The notes beneath the pieces were generated by a model, which saw only the letters and a program-made list of their open reading frames with translations, had not been told where the DNA came from and ran no database searches. The translations under genes and the position numbers were made by a program. From Alphaproteobacteria bacterium (GTDB taxonomy: Bacteria; Pseudomonadota; Alphaproteobacteria; ATCC43930; CGMCC-115725), in the NCBI GenBank assembly GCA_005888425.1, contig VAZF01000312.1, positions 1-29,977 of the forward strand: a DNA stretch of 29,977 bases, in the 5' to 3' direction. Positions 27,034 to 29,977 of this stretch are shown here, in pieces (the stretch's first letter is position 1; each line of letters starts with the position of its first letter).

Positions 27034-28644
27034 TCAGCGAGCCGATGGAGGCAGCGCAAAGCGAAAGACAGTTCCGCCTTTGGGATTGTCCTCGGCGTAC
27101 AGCCGGCCGCCATGCGCCTCGACGATGACGCGGCAGATCGAAAGGCCGACCCCGAGGCCCCCGGCCTTTGTCGTGACAAACGGCTCGAACAGTTGCGCGC
27201 GGATCGCCGGCGACAGACCAGGCCCGGTATCGGCGACGCTGATCTCGACCATGTTGTCCGCGGTCAGTCTCGTAGTGATCGTCAGCACGCGCCGCTCGCT
27301 ATCGCCCATGGCCTCGATCGCATTGCGCACCAAGTTAAATACGACCTGCTCGATCTGCACACGGTCGAAAAACGCTGACGGGGCAACAGAGGAGAGCCGC
27401 ATCTCGATCGCGGGGATCGGCGGATCGATCCCGAGCAATGCGAGGCTCACCGCATTCCGGAGCATCTCTGGGATGTCGTCAGCTCGCTTTTCGGAATCGT
27501 GTCCGGCAATAAAGTCTCGCAAATGTCGGATGATCTCGGTCGCACGCGCGGCCTGCTCCGCCGATTGCTGCAGAACACTCTTCAGCCGTACCGTATTAGA
27601 GGCCGCGAGAAACTGCATCGCGGCAGCGAGATAGTTGGATATCGCGGTCAACGGCTGGTTCACCTCATGGATCAGCGAGGAGACGTTCTGACCCAGCTCG
27701 CTCACCCGCGACAGATGGATCAGAACCGCCTCCATTTCGTTGATCCGGCGCTCGCGCAGTCGCTGCGAGGCCGCGGCCGCGCTCGCTTGGCGTTCGTACA
27801 GCAAAATAATCTGCGAGATCAGGATCAGCAAAACGAAGATAGACGTCAGAAAATCGAAAAAGCTGCCAACGTACCAGCCGATGTCGTAACGACCCCTGCT
27901 AATGAACGCGCCGAGCGCGATCGTGCACAGCCAGGCGAGCATCGTCACGATCAGCCAGAGATCCAGCGTTGAGAGGGGACGCGCTGTCCGGGCGAGCAAA
28001 AGCAGCGCGGCGAGAGGCAAGGCGAGCAAGGCACCGACTGCAATGCGCGCCTCCCTCGTGTAGTAGCCGTTGTCGATCAGTGGCGGTAGCCATTGATGGC
28101 CTCGGGTTACCAGCAGAGTCGTTGCGGTCACCGCCACAATAATGGCGAGTACCATGCCAGCAATCGATCCGATCACGCCGTCGGTGGGGTCGCTTGCAGT
28201 ATCGGCGTGCTTTCGCTGTAGCGCGGCCGCAATAATCGTCAGCGGGAGCGCGGCATGCGCGGCGATATATAGATATGCTGCCGTTTGAGGCCCGGCCCCG
28301 AGCAGGCCCGTCTGTGAGAGCACCTCGGGGAAGGTTAACGTGTGAGGGACGGCAATCAGGGCGGTAAACAAATAACCGCCGGCCAAAATGTTGAATGCGT
28401 GCAAGCGGCCGATCGAGTACTGCCCGAACAGCAACGCCGAGGTGATCAAATCGCTGACCAACATCAACGTCTTCTGGGTCAGCACAAACGCGGGGAGGTG
28501 GAACCATCCGATCCTGGCAAACGGCAGTGTCGCTAGGAAAACTGCCAGCAACAAGCACGCAACGCCAAGCGCCAGGCGACGCTGACCCGGCGGCGCGGGC
28601 AACAGCGACAGCAATCCAGGTGATGCGCCTAGTCTGTCGGACAT
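27034..28644 (-). CDS. Sensor histidine kinase: MASE4 membrane input plus FixL-like HisKA/HATPase
   Basis: MASE4-type DLITSALLFGQY...GYLFTAL...HTLTFP...LLGAGPQT. H box IHEVNQPL, N box NLVRNAIEAM, G boxes DTGPG and GLGVGLSI. ATG 28644 follows AGGAGA; alternative start 28680. Confidence 0.88.
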   Translation of the reverse strand: MSDRLGASPGLLSLLPAPPGQRRLALGVACLLLAVFLATLPFARIGWFHLPAFVLTQKTLMLVSDLITSALLFGQYSIGRLHAFNILAGGYLFTALIAVPHTLTFPEVLSQTGLLGAGPQTAAYLYIAAHAALPLTIIAAALQRKHADTASDPTDGVIGSIAGMVLAIIVAVTATTLLVTRGHQWLPPLIDNGYYTREARIAVGALLALPLAALLLLARTARPLSTLDLWLIVTMLAWLCTIALGAFISRGRYDIGWYVGSFFDFLTSIFVLLILISQIILLYERQASAAAASQRLRERRINEMEAVLIHLSRVSELGQNVSSLIHEVNQPLTAISNYLAAAMQFLAASNTVRLKSVLQQSAEQAARATEIIRHLRDFIAGHDSEKRADDIPEMLRNAVSLALLGIDPPIPAIEMRLSSVAPSAFFDRVQIEQVVFNLVRNAIEAMGDSERRVLTITTRLTADNMVEISVADTGPGLSPAIRAQLFEPFVTTKAGGLGVGLSICRVIVEAHGGRLYAEDNPKGGTVFRFALPPSAR

Positions 28645-28987
28645 CTGATCCAAATGTCTCCTGGCCGGAGCAAGCAACAAAACCCGAAAATCTGAACATT
28701 TAATCCGACCACTGCCATCCGTGTTTTACCTGATAAGCGCCGCGCCATAGCCGTAGGATTGTCGTCGTTCGAGCTCTGCTGGTCTTCGCTGGCTCACCTG
28801 AGCAAGGCAGCGGAAGCCAATGAAAATCGGTGATCTGGTTTACCTCGGCCGTGACGATCTTTGTCGGGACGCTTGATCATCGCGGTGATCGAACGTCATC
28901 ACAGCGGCGGTCATCGCAATCCGGAAGGTCAGCATAGGACAGCGCATCGCCGGCGCGCCCGGGCTCCGGAGCGGAAGCAGCGTCGCT

Positions 28988-29647
28988 TCAGCGGCGATCT
29001 GCCTCGAAGCGGGGTTGCAACCCCGCGGCAAGCCCCAACCGCACAAGCTCGGATAGGCTGTGTGCTCCAGTTTTTTCCATAACCCGGGCGCGATGGATTT
29101 CGACTGTCCTCGGACTGATGCCGAGCTCATATCCGATTGATTTGTTGGACAGCCCCAAGAGCAGCGCTTCCAGGACCTCTCGCTCGCGCGGCGACAACGA
29201 TTTGAGGCGAGATGCCGCCGTTGCCGACAGCGCGTCTGGCTGCGGCCGGGTGCTGAGGTTGCCGAGCGCGTTTTTGGTTCGGTTCAGAATAGTATCAGGA
29301 GCGAACGGCTTTTCGATGAAATCGAGAGCACCGGCTTTCATAGCTCCGACCGCGAGCGGAACATCCCCATGGCCGGTGATGACAATAAAGGGAAACGGAA
29401 GGCCAAGCTCGATGAGCCGCCGCTGCATTTCGAGCCCGTCCATTCCGGGCATGCGAATATCGGCAATAAGGCAACCCGGGTCGAGGGCGGGCGCTGCCAC
29501 GAGGAATTCCTGGGCTGAAGAGAACCGGCGGCTGCCGTATCCATTGGCCTCGAACAACGCCGATAATGAAGCGCGCACGGCCTGGTCGTCATCGACGATA
29601 TAGATGTAGCCGACAGGCATTCCCGCGAGCCTCGGCGAACGTGACAC
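28988..29647 (-). CDS. fixJ: FixJ-family response regulator (receiver plus LuxR-type HTH)
   Basis: IVDDD, DIRMPGMDG, DFIEKPF and LSPREREVL...NKSIGYELGISPRTVEIHRARVMEK. Alternative start ATG 29620. Confidence 0.85.
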   Translation of the reverse strand: MSRSPRLAGMPVGYIYIVDDDQAVRASLSALFEANGYGSRRFSSAQEFLVAAPALDPGCLIADIRMPGMDGLEMQRRLIELGLPFPFIVITGHGDVPLAVGAMKAGALDFIEKPFAPDTILNRTKNALGNLSTRPQPDALSATAASRLKSLSPREREVLEALLLGLSNKSIGYELGISPRTVEIHRARVMEKTGAHSLSELVRLGLAAGLQPRFEADRR

Positions 29648-29704
29648 ACAATTCCCAAGCGGGCGCTGATGCAGCCGGAGCCGCGGCGCCCGCCATCGGG
29701 CTCA

Positions 29705-29718
29705 TTAACTTAGATCAA
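29705..29718. promoter_or_regulatory. Degenerate FNR/FixK box upstream of the fixJ-like gene
   Basis: TTAAC-TTAG-ATCAA, 8/10 match, with the same TTAG spacer as the arcA box. Confidence 0.45.
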
Positions 29719-29794
29719 ATGCCGCAGCGGGAAAGCTACTCTTTTGGATATTGATCGAAATCGCATCCCGAAGCTGATGCAGAGAGCGGACTTC

Positions 29795-29977
29795 TCATGT
29801 CTCGCAGAGCGCCTCAAGAGCGTCTCGGTGATGAAATTCGATACGATGCGCTGTCGGAATCGCGATGATTCTGTCACGCCGGAAGCCCGACAAAACGCGG
29901 CACACGGTCTCGATTGTCAGTCCGAGGTAATCGGCGACGTCGCTGCGCGACATCGCCAGATCGAGCACACGCGGCGC
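29795..29977 (-). CDS. C-terminal 60 aa of a second Crp/Fnr (FixK-like) regulator, cut by the window edge; absent from the ORF track
   Basis: Manual translation gives APRVLDLAMSRSDVADYLGLTIETVCRVLSGFRRDRIIAIPTAHRIEFHHRDALEALCET-stop, a FixK/Fnr-type HTH. Confidence 0.9.
   Translation of the reverse strand, partial: APRVLDLAMSRSDVADYLGLTIETVCRVLSGFRRDRIIAIPTAHRIEFHHRDALEALCET

Noticed and set aside
27034-28644. Calling the kinase fixL
   Set aside because: It has no heme-PAS domain; only the catalytic core is FixL-like.
28681-28987. Short ORFs and the GATCA-N6-TGATC inverted repeat (28875-28890) between fixJ and the kinase
   Set aside because: No RBS, motif or FNR consensus supports them, and the repeat is too short to distinguish from chance.
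29751-29764. TTGAT-CGAA-ATCGC as a further FNR box
   Set aside because: The right half-site lacks the conserved CAA end, and a better candidate lies at 29705.
1-29977. Horizontally acquired island or mobile element
   Set aside because: No integrase, transposase, tRNA, att-like repeat or terminal inverted repeat was seen. The only AT-rich stretch is a promoter region.

Overview
GC-rich, probably alphaproteobacterial, chromosomal window that reads as one low-oxygen (FNR/FixK-type) regulon. The minus strand carries an arginine deiminase unit (arcA-arcB-arcC, then an OprB-family porin and an NhaC-family antiporter, with no arcD). Upstream of it is a decarboxylase/antiporter unit: an LdcA-type Lys/Arg decarboxylase broken by a 1-nt deletion, a SpeF-type ornithine decarboxylase, potE, an orphan amino-acid binding protein and a small 4-Cys protein. 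Further upstream is an envelope unit: an OmpA-domain fusion protein, a Tat-lipoprotein patatin, an RND adaptor lacking about 39 codons of its hairpin, and an RND permease with no outer-membrane factor in the window. The plus strand carries ppk2, a conserved hypothetical, a TPR protein and a ceramidase-like protein. Regulators bracket the cluster. On the left are a Crp/Fnr protein, a receiver-only protein and a stand-alone histidine-kinase DHp protein. On the right are a second Crp/Fnr protein (partial), a FixJ-like regulator and a FixL-like kinase whose input is MASE4 rather than heme-PAS. Three perfect and several near-perfect TTGAT-N4-ATCAA boxes lie upstream of the units. Two real genes at the window edges (an AI-2E transporter and the Crp/Fnr C-terminus) are missing from the ORF track. 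No mobile element, CRISPR array, tRNA or rRNA was seen. The arc/decarboxylase/ppk2 core recalls the microoxic Sinorhizobium meliloti pSymA region (from memory, not searched). The most novel-looking parts are the DHp-only plus receiver-only pair, the MASE4 kinase and the OmpA-fusion/patatin/RND module.
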